Shown: positions 7,824 to 16,614, counted from the first letter of the stretch. The stretch is DNA of 20,000 nt from Pseudomonadota bacterium (GCA_040387495.1 JAZKDQ010000003.1:175182-195181); one strand, 5' to 3'. Numbers and translations: made by a program. Notes: a model not told the origin generated them from the letters alone.

Positions 7824-8909
7824 TTAAGCATCGCCAATATAAATTCCAAGGCTTTTGGCTGTTTTAATTAAAACATCATCCAATGAAACTGCTTGATAAT
7901 GATCAATTGCGTCTTGTATTGGAATATCAACAACTTGACGGTGTTGCCATGCAACCATACGGTCAAATTTTCCTTGAGAAATAAGATCAACAGCGCACAC
8001 ACCAAAGGATGAAGCGATAAGTCGATCAAGTGCATTTGGCCTTGCACCACGTTGAACATGACCTAATACAGTTACACGTGTTTCTGCGCCAGTCATTTTT
8101 TCAATTTTTTCACCAAGATATTGCCCGATGCCGCCGTACCGAGGGCGGCCGCCAGGTTCTGATACGATCGTTGCTGATTCACCATTTTCTTTTCGGGCGG
8201 CTTCCGCAACAATGATGATTGCAAAATTACGACCGACGCTTGCTAGGCTTTGGATTTTTTTACAAATATTGGAAAGTGTATATGGAATTTCGGGGATAAT
8301 AATAGCGTCAGCACCACCTGAAATGCCAGCGCCAAGAGCGATATGGCCAGCATCACGTCCCATGACTTCAAGAACCATGACGCGTTGATGGCTTGCCGCT
8401 GTTGGTTGTAGGCGATCAAGTGCTTCTGTTGCTACTTCAAGCGCCGTGCTATACCCTACAGCAATTTCTGTATGTCCAAGGTCGTTATCAATGGTTTTTG
8501 GTATGGTGACAAGATTTAAATTACCTTTTTGAGCAAGATCTCTCAAAATCTTCATGCTACCGTCTCCGCCGATACCAATCAGTGCATCAAGACCAAGTTC
8601 ATGATAACCAGCAATAAGGTCGTCTGATCGATCAGTACGTGTGCCGTCTGTATTTGGAAAATCAAATGGGTCAGCTTTGTTGGTGCTACCAAGCATGGTG
8701 CCACCACTGCGTAACATCGCGCTGTCACACATTGCTGGTGTAAGTATTTGAGTTTCAAGTGGACGGGTTATTAAGCCAGTTGTGCCATTTCGAATACCTA
8801 CAACTTCCCAGCCATAGGTTTGGCATGCATGATGAGTAATAGCACGTAGTGTGGCATTTAGGCCAGCGCAGTCGCCGCCACTTGTAAGGACGCCAATTCG
8901 TTTGATCAT
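7824..8909 (-). CDS. pfkA: 6-phosphofructokinase, PfkA family (group III-like, GGDG + PKTIDND)
   Basis: LTSGGDCAGLN, GGTMLGS, IGGDGS, PKTIDND, EVMGRDAG and LGHVQRG. Confidence 0.93.
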   Translation of the reverse strand: MIKRIGVLTSGGDCAGLNATLRAITHHACQTYGWEVVGIRNGTTGLITRPLETQILTPAMCDSAMLRSGGTMLGSTNKADPFDFPNTDGTRTDRSDDLIAGYHELGLDALIGIGGDGSMKILRDLAQKGNLNLVTIPKTIDNDLGHTEIAVGYSTALEVATEALDRLQPTAASHQRVMVLEVMGRDAGHIALGAGISGGADAIIIPEIPYTLSNICKKIQSLASVGRNFAIIIVAEAARKENGESATIVSEPGGRPRYGGIGQYLGEKIEKMTGAETRVTVLGHVQRGARPNALDRLIASSFGVCAVDLISQGKFDRMVAWQHRQVVDIPIQDAIDHYQAVSLDDVLIKTAKSLGIYIGDA

Positions 8910-8997
8910 AAAGGATATTATTTCGATTCACTTGAAAATAAGAGTAGGTGATTTGATTAAGTTTGTACAGATTCTTGTTTGTTTTAAGAATGTTTTC

Positions 8998-11583
8998 TCA
9001 GTTGTTTAAAAGGAACCATGTTGAGCCCGTAAGTATTTCGGTGTTGGTATTTGCTTCGTCTTGTACAATTACATTTGTCCCTCTTCCTGAAAGAATAATA
9101 GCAAAAGTCCCTATGTGTTTACCCTTTAAGGTCACTGTGTGTCCACCACTAATGATTAATACACCTGTTGTTCCACTAGGTGCATGGCATGTTATTGCCC
9201 CTGAGAAGGTTGTTGGTTGATTCACATTAATTGTAGCAATTGCATTGCCATCAGTTTCACTTGAACCGAAAGTGATTGGGTTTGTTATGATTGGCGTTCC
9301 CTTAGTACTAACTGAAAGCGTTGTTTTTTTGGAAAGGTCAATTGTGCCGCTTAGTGCACTTGTATTTGTTAGTGCAAGTGTGCCGGTTGATACAGTGACT
9401 GTGCCTGAGTAAGGAGTTGTCCCAGAAAACGTTAATGTACCTGGTCCTTTCTTCGTTACGTTATTAATAGAGCTTGTTATTCTTCCAGAGAAATTTGAAC
9501 CATTTTGAGCCGTAACTGTAAGGGTTGCTGTCTTGTCGCCTGAGCTGTGAATGGTTCCCCTGCCACTTGGATCAATCAATGTGCGTGCAGTTCCATTTAA
9601 GTCGTAAGTGCCTGACACAGTTACACCACTGGAGGCAGCAATGTCCCCGATAAGAGTGCTACCACTGTTAATGTTTATCATTCCTGTGTATGCATTTGCT
9701 AGGGATAATGTTAATACTTTAGATCCATTTATTGTTAAATTTTTAATTGTGTTGGCTATTATTCCAGAAAAAGTTGAACCATTTTTTGATGTAAGTGTAA
9801 GTGCTGCATTGGCGTTCGAGCTTTGAATTGTTCCTGTGCCGCTTGGATCAATTAATGTTCGTGCGGTCCCGTTTAAATCATAAATACCTGCTATTACAAC
9901 CCCAACAGATGTCCCTATGTTGCCAATGAGTTTCTTTCCAGAATTGATTGTTGTGGTACCTGTGTATGTATTGGCCGCTGGTAATGTTAATGTGCCAGAT
10001 CCAATGTGCTGTAATGCACCTGTTCCACTGATAACACCTGTATATGTATAAGAATCTGACCTATTGAATGAAAGTGTTGCATTATTGACGATATTGCTGC
10101 TTGCAATGCTACCTGTTGTGGCTCCTGCACCGATTTGCATTGTGCCGGTATTAATTATTGTTTTTCCCGAGTAGGTGTTTGCTCCAGATAGTATGATTGT
10201 TCCAGCACCAGATGTTGTGAATGTCCCTGTTCCAGCAATCACACCTGGATAGGTAGTAGCATCTGAACGATTGAATGTGAGCTTATCATTGTTAACGATA
10301 CTATTACTTGCAATACTGCCACTCGTAGAGCCTGAACCAATTTGTAAGGTACCATTCGTGATTGTTGTTGTGCCGGTATAGGTGTTTGTGCCAGTCAAGA
10401 TGAGTACACCCTTTCCATTTTTACGTAATGAATTGGCACCCGTTATATTGCCAGAGACTGTGAGTGAATAGGTAGATGTAGCTATGGTGCCTTCTGTTGT
10501 TAGAGTGATTGGCTGACTTAATATTAAGTTAGCATTTGCTTGAAGTATGCCTCCAGCAAGGATAATCATGCCAGACCCCATATTATTTGTAGATGCAATA
10601 TTTAGTGTTCCTGCCCTGATAATTGTGTTGCCGGTATATGTATTGGCACCTCTCAAAAGAGTTTTTCCAGATCCGATCTGTGTTAAAATACCTGTTCCAC
10701 TAATAACACCTGAATAGGTGTATTCATTTGATCTATTAAAAGAAAGTATTCCATTATTAACGATGCTGTTGCTTGTGATGCTGCCAGTTGTGGATCCTGC
10801 GCCAATTTGGAGGGTTCCTGCGCTTATAGTTGTAATTGTGCTGCTTGTCATATTATTAGTTCCTGACATGATAAAAGTGCCAGGCCCGGTTTTTGTCAAT
10901 CCATTAATTGTACTTGCTAATGTTCCAGAAAAAATTGTGGATTTTTCAAATGCAGATGATGCAAGTATCAATGCAGCAGAAGTGCTGCCTGAACTTCGAA
11001 TTGTTCCTGTACCACTAAGATCGATGAGAGTGCGTGCAGTTCCGCTTAAATCATATGTACCTGACACGGTTACACCGACAGACTTAGAAATGTCTCCGAC
11101 AAGTGTGCTGCCAGCATTAATGCTTGTTGCGCCTACATATGAGTTTGTTCCAGACAATATAAGAGTTTTAGATCCATTTACGGTTAAACTGTTAATTGTA
11201 TTTGCAATCGTTCCAGAAAAAGTCGAACCGTTTGTTAATGTGATTGTTAATGCTGCATTCGAATTTGAACTTTGAATGATTCCAGAACCGCTTGGGTCAA
11301 TTATTGTGCGCGTAGTCCCATTTAAATCATATCCAGCATTTGTTGTTACAACACTTGTTATTGCTGCTGGAGTAGTAATGGTTGCTGACACCGCCGTCGT
11401 TGTCTTTGCTGATGCACTTTGTGTGCCTGCACTTTTAAGATCTATATTTAAAAATATTGAACAAAATATAATATATTTCAAGAATAATTTGCTTAATAAA
11501 TATTGTTTGCTTTTAGCTATGTTGGTGTTTTTTTCTGAGTTTAAATCATAATTCGAGATAAGATAAGATGATTTAATACTCAT
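8998..11583 (-). CDS. Autotransporter-associated beta-strand repeat (PATR-type) protein, putative adhesin, no beta-barrel
   Basis: T/S/G/N/I-rich, with repeated (K/Q)xGxGTLxLSGxNTYTGxTxIxxGTL motifs and a hydrophobic segment at about aa 29-47. No C-terminal barrel. Confidence 0.85.
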   Translation of the reverse strand: MSIKSSYLISNYDLNSEKNTNIAKSKQYLLSKLFLKYIIFCSIFLNIDLKSAGTQSASAKTTTAVSATITTPAAITSVVTTNAGYDLNGTTRTIIDPSGSGIIQSSNSNAALTITLTNGSTFSGTIANTINSLTVNGSKTLILSGTNSYVGATSINAGSTLVGDISKSVGVTVSGTYDLSGTARTLIDLSGTGTIRSSGSTSAALILASSAFEKSTIFSGTLASTINGLTKTGPGTFIMSGTNNMTSSTITTISAGTLQIGAGSTTGSITSNSIVNNGILSFNRSNEYTYSGVISGTGILTQIGSGKTLLRGANTYTGNTIIRAGTLNIASTNNMGSGMIILAGGILQANANLILSQPITLTTEGTIATSTYSLTVSGNITGANSLRKNGKGVLILTGTNTYTGTTTITNGTLQIGSGSTSGSIASNSIVNNDKLTFNRSDATTYPGVIAGTGTFTTSGAGTIILSGANTYSGKTIINTGTMQIGAGATTGSIASSNIVNNATLSFNRSDSYTYTGVISGTGALQHIGSGTLTLPAANTYTGTTTINSGKKLIGNIGTSVGVVIAGIYDLNGTARTLIDPSGTGTIQSSNANAALTLTSKNGSTFSGIIANTIKNLTINGSKVLTLSLANAYTGMININSGSTLIGDIAASSGVTVSGTYDLNGTARTLIDPSGRGTIHSSGDKTATLTVTAQNGSNFSGRITSSINNVTKKGPGTLTFSGTTPYSGTVTVSTGTLALTNTSALSGTIDLSKKTTLSVSTKGTPIITNPITFGSSETDGNAIATINVNQPTTFSGAITCHAPSGTTGVLIISGGHTVTLKGKHIGTFAIILSGRGTNVIVQDEANTNTEILTGSTWFLLNN
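9421..11331 (-). repeat. Internal repeats of the adhesin: about 155-aa block A x2 (11331-10861, 9882-9421) and 69-aa block B x3 (10830-10624, 10365-10159, 10158-9952)
   Basis: Block A starts YDLNGT(T/A)RT(I/L)IDPSG and ends TKxGPGTxxxSG in both copies. Block B is xIxxGT(L/M)QIG(A/S)GxTxGSIxSxxIVNNxxLxFNRS...NTYxGxT. Confidence 0.88.
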
Positions 11584-11625
11584 TATAATTTTTTTCCATA
11601 CAATTTTATATATTGCTGTTTTTTT

Positions 11626-11658
11626 ATTATAAGTATTAAATAATTAATATTACGTTAA
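11626..11658 (-). promoter_or_regulatory. Putative promoter of the adhesin gene: TATAAT -10 with CtrA-like box over the -35 position
   Basis: TTAA-N7-TTAA at 11644-11658 (minus strand TTAACGTAATATTAA). Minus-strand TATAAT at 11631-11626. A 17-bp spacer puts the -35 at 11654-11649, inside the box. Confidence 0.45.
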
Positions 11659-11693
11659 ATGTTTTGGTTCTTATTTCCAATATTCTTGTAAGA

Positions 11694-12872
11694 TTAGCTA
11701 ATCCACCGTTTTTCTGCTGCATCTAGAGTGCTATCAACTAGGGCTTTACGAATTTCAGTTAATAATTGATTCATAAAATGAATGTTGTGTATGGAAATGA
11801 GTGTGCTCGCAATCATTTCCCTTGCTTTGAGCAGGTGATGTATGTATCCGCGTGAATAATTCTTGCACGTTGAGCATGTGCAATCGGGATCAATTGGATT
11901 GTTATCCAAGCGAAAGCGTAGGTTGCCTAAATTTATGTGCTCCTTTGTGTTTCCCTCGACAGATGATGGTTTTACAAGTGCGCCACCATGGCGTGCAAGT
12001 CTCGTTGGGTGCACGCAGTCAAAGGTGTCAATCCCAGCGCGAACACCATTAAATATATCCCTGATTCCACCAATGCCAAGCAAATGAATAGGGCGAGCCC
12101 GATCAAGTTTGGATGCTGTGAAATTAACAACATCATACATTTGTTCTTTTGATGCACCAAGGGAGCCCCCAATTGCATGACCAAAGAAATTTTGTGAATT
12201 GACAAAATCACAACCTTGCTCACGCAGGTCTTCATATACGCCGCCTTGGATAATCCCATATAAACGTTGTTGGCCGTTTTCGTTGAGATTAACAAATTCA
12301 GTCAAGCAGCGCTTTGCCCAACGATGGCTCATCTCCATAGAATCTTTTGTATATGTTTTTTCGACATGAAATGGTGTGCATTCATCCAACACAACAATCA
12401 TATCAGCGCCTAATTTATGCTGTATGCGAATTGACTCTTCTGGAGTAAGCATCCATGAACTACCATCAATATAGGATTTAAAACGTGCGCCTTCTTCTGT
12501 AATGCGAAGCAATGTTTTAGGACGCTGATTATTTTGACGCCCTTTAATTTCATTGGCAATAGAGCCATGACCAAGGCTAAAAATTTGAAAGCCACCAGAA
12601 TCAGTCAACATAGGCCCACGCCAACCGGTGAACTTTTGAAGGCCACCATGATGTGCAACAACGTCAGCGCCTGGTTGTAACATCAAATGATACGTATTTG
12701 ATAAAATAATTTGTGTGCCCGCTTCACGCATTTGCTCTGCAGTAACACTTTTGATTGCGGCTTTTGTGGCGCAAAAAATAAACGCAGGGGTTTCAACGAC
12801 GCCGTGTGGGGTTTCAAGTCGACCGATACGTGCGCGATCTGTTGTGGTTTCTTGATAGGTAAATTTAAACAT
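11694..12872 (-). CDS. tgt: tRNA-guanine(34) transglycosylase
   Basis: ETPAF, ILSNTYHL, LTDSGGFQIFSL, LDEC, GIIQGG, HLLGIG, DTFDCVHPTR, Zn site CTCSTC...HN. Confidence 0.96.
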   Translation of the reverse strand: MFKFTYQETTTDRARIGRLETPHGVVETPAFIFCATKAAIKSVTAEQMREAGTQIILSNTYHLMLQPGADVVAHHGGLQKFTGWRGPMLTDSGGFQIFSLGHGSIANEIKGRQNNQRPKTLLRITEEGARFKSYIDGSSWMLTPEESIRIQHKLGADMIVVLDECTPFHVEKTYTKDSMEMSHRWAKRCLTEFVNLNENGQQRLYGIIQGGVYEDLREQGCDFVNSQNFFGHAIGGSLGASKEQMYDVVNFTASKLDRARPIHLLGIGGIRDIFNGVRAGIDTFDCVHPTRLARHGGALVKPSSVEGNTKEHINLGNLRFRLDNNPIDPDCTCSTCKNYSRGYIHHLLKAREMIASTLISIHNIHFMNQLLTEIRKALVDSTLDAAEKRWIS

Positions 12873-13262
12873 TGGTTGAATAGAATGAATTTTTAAAAGA
12901 TGACTTATGAACTTATAGCAGGAATAAGGATATAAACCAATTGTTTTGAGTCACGTTGAAATGCGAATTAATTTGATTCTCTCATCTGTGAAAGATGAGC
13001 AGCCTTCTTTGTAAAACAAAGTTTATTTTATATATTATTCTGCTAGAGAAAAAAATCAAAGGGTTATATTCAAATTAAATCAAAATAATTTGTGCCTTTT
13101 AAATCTCATTTTGGTGAACTCGCTTGTTTCTTTATTGCTATTTATTTATTAAATCAGCATTATTAATATAAAATTATTTGTAATGAATTATGAATATTTA
13201 TCGTAATATGTAAATTAAATATCTACCTATTTATTTATTTGCACCTGTGAGGAAGTTTTCGA

Positions 13263-13298
13263 TTGACGCAAATTAACTAAATCTTTACCTTTTATAGT
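13263..13298 (+). promoter_or_regulatory. Putative sigma70-type promoter of the four-gene operon
   Basis: TTGACG (13263-13268), 17 bp, TACCTT (13286-13291). An alternative -10 TATAGT lies at 13293-13298. GAGAGA RBS-like sequence at about 13313-13318. Confidence 0.4.
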
Positions 13299-13326
13299 GT
13301 AAGGTTGAATTAGAGAGAAAAAGTGT

Positions 13327-14199
13327 ATGTATGTACCTATGCGTAATTTATTAAAATGTTTATCACTCTTGTTTGTTATGATGCTTCCTTTATCGATAAG
13401 TTATGGTGAAGCTCTGGATGCAGCAATGCAGCAAATGCAAACTCTAGCAATACCTGAAATACAACGTATTACGGAAAAAGGTAAGATTGTCGTATTGATG
13501 ACAAATACTGATTACAATCCGTTCTTTAGGATGAAAAGTTCGGATGGTAGCTATAAAGGCATTGATATGGAGATGGCACAGGCAGTTGCGGATTCTCTTG
13601 GTGTTAAACTTGAAGTTAAGGCAATTTACAAAAGCTATGATGATGTTGTAAATGCCATTGCAAAAGGTGAGGGCGATATTGGTATATCCAAAATGAGTTA
13701 TACCATTGAGAGATCAAAGAAGGTTTTGTTTTCTTCCCCATATGTAATATTTAAAAAATCACTTCTTATTAATCGCGTTCAGCTTTCCAAGATTGATAGT
13801 AAGAATTCATTAAAAGAAATAATGAATTCTGGTACACTTCCTATTGTTGTTGCGCCAGGTTCATATGATGACTTTTCCCTTGCATTGTTTCCTAAATCAA
13901 AACCAGAAGAAGTTGAGAAATGGGACTCTGATGGGATAAAAAAATTGTTAGAGGGTAAATATTTTGCTGCTTTCCGTGATGAATTGCGTATCAAGCTTGT
14001 ATTACGGAAAAATCCACAAGCAACATTGCACTTGCTCCCTGTTATTCTTAAAGATGAAGACGACCCTATCCGTATGATCGTTAACAAAGAGTGCTTTGGT
14101 CTTTGGCTGTGGGTAAATAGTTATCTTAGCAACAATATAAAGCCTTACACTTACGATGAGCTCTTTGCACGCTTTGGTCACCTTTTGAAGAATGATTAA
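13327..14199 (+). CDS. Periplasmic amino-acid-type substrate-binding protein (SBP_bac_3 family)
   Basis: Signal-peptide-like N-terminus, DYNPFF, GIDMEMAQAVADSLGVKLEV and GDIGISKMSYTIERSKKVLFSSPY. Alternative start at 13339. Confidence 0.88.
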   Translation: MYVPMRNLLKCLSLLFVMMLPLSISYGEALDAAMQQMQTLAIPEIQRITEKGKIVVLMTNTDYNPFFRMKSSDGSYKGIDMEMAQAVADSLGVKLEVKAIYKSYDDVVNAIAKGEGDIGISKMSYTIERSKKVLFSSPYVIFKKSLLINRVQLSKIDSKNSLKEIMNSGTLPIVVAPGSYDDFSLALFPKSKPEEVEKWDSDGIKKLLEGKYFAAFRDELRIKLVLRKNPQATLHLLPVILKDEDDPIRMIVNKECFGLWLWVNSYLSNNIKPYTYDELFARFGHLLKND

Positions 14200-14202
14200 T
14201 CC

Positions 14203-16599
14203 ATGGAACGGTTGAAAAATAGAAAATTAAAAATTGATATTGTTTCGTATTTTGTTGTGTTAATGACTATTACCATAACAATTATTTCGACAATCAATTT
14301 TCGCGAAAGTAAGAATAATACGTTCGTTTTGACAGGGAAGATTTTTGAAAAGTCCTTTTTGTTTGCTTCTACGAAAATTGGAAATTTATTCGCGGATGCC
14401 GAAGACAGTGGTAGTATGCTCGTTGATTATGTTGCACCAAAGATGGAGCAATTGGAAACAAGCAAGCCTTCGGAATTCTCTCAATTTGCACGTGCCCTTG
14501 AAATCAATCCTTATTTATTGAGTATATATGTTGCAAAAAGTGACGATCATTTTGTGCAAATGCGTCGTGTGCCTGCTGCAAGGTTATATCAACACGCACA
14601 AAGGGGGGAGCTTCCAGCGAATGCAACATACATATGGCGTTCAGTTGCACCGAATTCAAAAACTGAAAATTGGTCATATTTGAGTAAAGATCTTCGCGTA
14701 ATAGATGAGGAACAAGTTAAAGTAACATCAACTTCCAATCCCACTGAACGAGATTGGTATAGTAGTGCAGTTTATAAGAAAGCAAAATCATGGTCTGATG
14801 TCTATATATTTAAAACGTCGCAAACGCCTGGGTTAACGCTTTCGTTTCCTATAAAAGAGACTTACAGTCCTAATAAGAATACGAATAAAGGTCTGGACAA
14901 AGACGCGGACAAAGACGTAGATACAGATACAGATAAAGACAAAAATAAAGATGCGCCTAAAAATACCAGGGAGCATTTAGGCGTTTTGGCTATGGATATG
15001 ACAGTTGATTCTGCAAATTCATTTCTTAACACAATTAAAATTTCAGAAAATTCATCTATCATTGTTTTGAATGACGCTAAAAAAATAATTGCTTCTACAC
15101 AAAATGCAACGGTAGAGCAACCAACTAAGGCCCCAAGCTTGGCTATTAAAAGCACGACGATAGAAAATACAAAAGCAAAATTAAAAGACACTTCTTCTAG
15201 CAAAAAATCAGTAACTAAAGAGACGCTCGTTGCTGATGCTAAAAAAGAAGCCACAGAGGACAAAGAAAATCTACCAGAACCTAAGCTAACAGCAGTACAA
15301 GTGAAAACAATTGATACTATTTCTGATCCGATAGCAAAGTATTCATATTACAATTCTTTCCTTGATAATAAACATATTAATATTTTTACTATTGATAATG
15401 TTGATTATATATCATACACACATTCATTTGGTGCAAAAGATCGAAAGCTTTATTTTTCGATGCACGCCCCAATTTCTGATTTCTTATATGAAGTGCAGCG
15501 TGCAAATCAAAAAAGTTTACTGATTACGTTGGCTATTTCTATAGCGGCTATGATTATTCTTTATATATTTGCACGAAAAATTTCAGATCCAATTGCAAGA
15601 CTTGCAGAAGATGCGCGTAAAATTTCACAGTTGGATTTCCCTGGAACGAGTGTTTGCAAAACTAATATACGTGAAATACAAGATTTATCTAATTCAATGA
15701 ACACATTGAATCATAGTATAGGTATGTTTAGTAAATATATTCCTAAAGATCTTGCACTTAAATTGTTAGAAAAAGACGGTGATATTACAATTGGTGGTTC
15801 GAACCAAACAATTACAGCTTTATTCTCGGATATTGAAGGATTTACAACTATTTCTGAAGATGTCCCTGCAGAGTATTTGGTTTTACATCTATCTGAATAT
15901 TTCGAAGGATTAACAAATATTATTATAAATAACAAAGGAAGCATTGATAAATATATTGGGGATGCGATTATGGCCCTTTGGGGCGCGCCTTATGCAGATG
16001 AAAATCAGGTCCCGAATGCCTGCCGTGCAGCTTTACTCTGTCAACATAAACTGACAGAGCTTAATGAAGGCTGGGTTAAATTAGGTAAGCCAGCGCTTAA
16101 AACGCGCATTGGCTTGCATACAGGAGACGCTATTGTTGGAAACATAGGATCAAGTGATCGAATTAATTTCACGGCACTTGGAGACAGTATTAATCTTGCT
16201 GCACGTCTCGAAGGTCTAAATAAATACTACAATACCTCTATTATGGTATCACAGTCCATTTATGAGATTGCGCATTCACAATTCTTATTCAGAATTCTAG
16301 ATAAAGTTTCCGTAAAAGGAAAAAATAAAAGCATCTTAGTTTATGAATTAGTGTGCGAGACCGCGCAAAATAGCCCTGACTATATGAAGCATGTCCAATA
16401 CTCGGTTCGCGCGGGAGAAGCTTTCGAAGCTTATTTAGCTCGTGATTGGGAAAAGGCAATTGAATTTTATACGCGTATGCAAAAAGAATTTGTATGGGGA
16501 AGAGTGGCAAATGAGTTAATTATCAATCGTTGCCTGAATTACATACAAACGCCACCAAGTGATTCTTGGCAGGGCGAATATCAAATGACAGAAAAGTAA
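14203..16599 (+). CDS. Membrane-bound class III adenylate cyclase: TM-dCache-TM-HAMP-cyclase-C-terminal helical domain
   Basis: Two TM segments flank a Cache-like domain (PTERDWY, WSDVY, GVLAMD). HAMP (ISDPIARL...EIQDLSNSMN). Catalytic motifs FSDIEGFT, DKYIGDAIMA, RIGLHTG and FTALGDSINLAARLE; the Lys/Thr specificity pair indicates ATP (class IIIb). Confidence 0.92.
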   Translation: MERLKNRKLKIDIVSYFVVLMTITITIISTINFRESKNNTFVLTGKIFEKSFLFASTKIGNLFADAEDSGSMLVDYVAPKMEQLETSKPSEFSQFARALEINPYLLSIYVAKSDDHFVQMRRVPAARLYQHAQRGELPANATYIWRSVAPNSKTENWSYLSKDLRVIDEEQVKVTSTSNPTERDWYSSAVYKKAKSWSDVYIFKTSQTPGLTLSFPIKETYSPNKNTNKGLDKDADKDVDTDTDKDKNKDAPKNTREHLGVLAMDMTVDSANSFLNTIKISENSSIIVLNDAKKIIASTQNATVEQPTKAPSLAIKSTTIENTKAKLKDTSSSKKSVTKETLVADAKKEATEDKENLPEPKLTAVQVKTIDTISDPIAKYSYYNSFLDNKHINIFTIDNVDYISYTHSFGAKDRKLYFSMHAPISDFLYEVQRANQKSLLITLAISIAAMIILYIFARKISDPIARLAEDARKISQLDFPGTSVCKTNIREIQDLSNSMNTLNHSIGMFSKYIPKDLALKLLEKDGDITIGGSNQTITALFSDIEGFTTISEDVPAEYLVLHLSEYFEGLTNIIINNKGSIDKYIGDAIMALWGAPYADENQVPNACRAALLCQHKLTELNEGWVKLGKPALKTRIGLHTGDAIVGNIGSSDRINFTALGDSINLAARLEGLNKYYNTSIMVSQSIYEIAHSQFLFRILDKVSVKGKNKSILVYELVCETAQNSPDYMKHVQYSVRAGEAFEAYLARDWEKAIEFYTRMQKEFVWGRVANELIINRCLNYIQTPPSDSWQGEYQMTEK
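14896..14955 (+). repeat. Degenerate 12-bp tandem repeat x5 inside the cyclase Cache domain (DKDA DKDV DTDT DKDK NKDA)
   Basis: GACAAAGACGCG GACAAAGACGTA GATACAGATACA GATAAAGACAAA AATAAAGATGCG. Confidence 0.7.
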
Positions 16600-16614
16600 G
16601 AGAGAGTGTGCATT

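Noticed and set aside
8963..11551. Plus-strand ORFs 8963-9220, 9608-9826, 10718-11275 and 11276-11551
   Set aside because: Antisense shadows of the repeat-rich adhesin with V/P/L-biased sequence and no recognisable motifs.
12873..12960. preQ1 riboswitch upstream of tgt
   Set aside because: I could not see the preQ1-I stem/loop and A-rich tail pattern on the minus strand.
12873..13326. CRP-type cAMP receptor site upstream of the cyclase operon
   Set aside because: TGTGA half-sites occur (about 12987 and 13246) but lack a matching TCACA at the 6-nt spacing.
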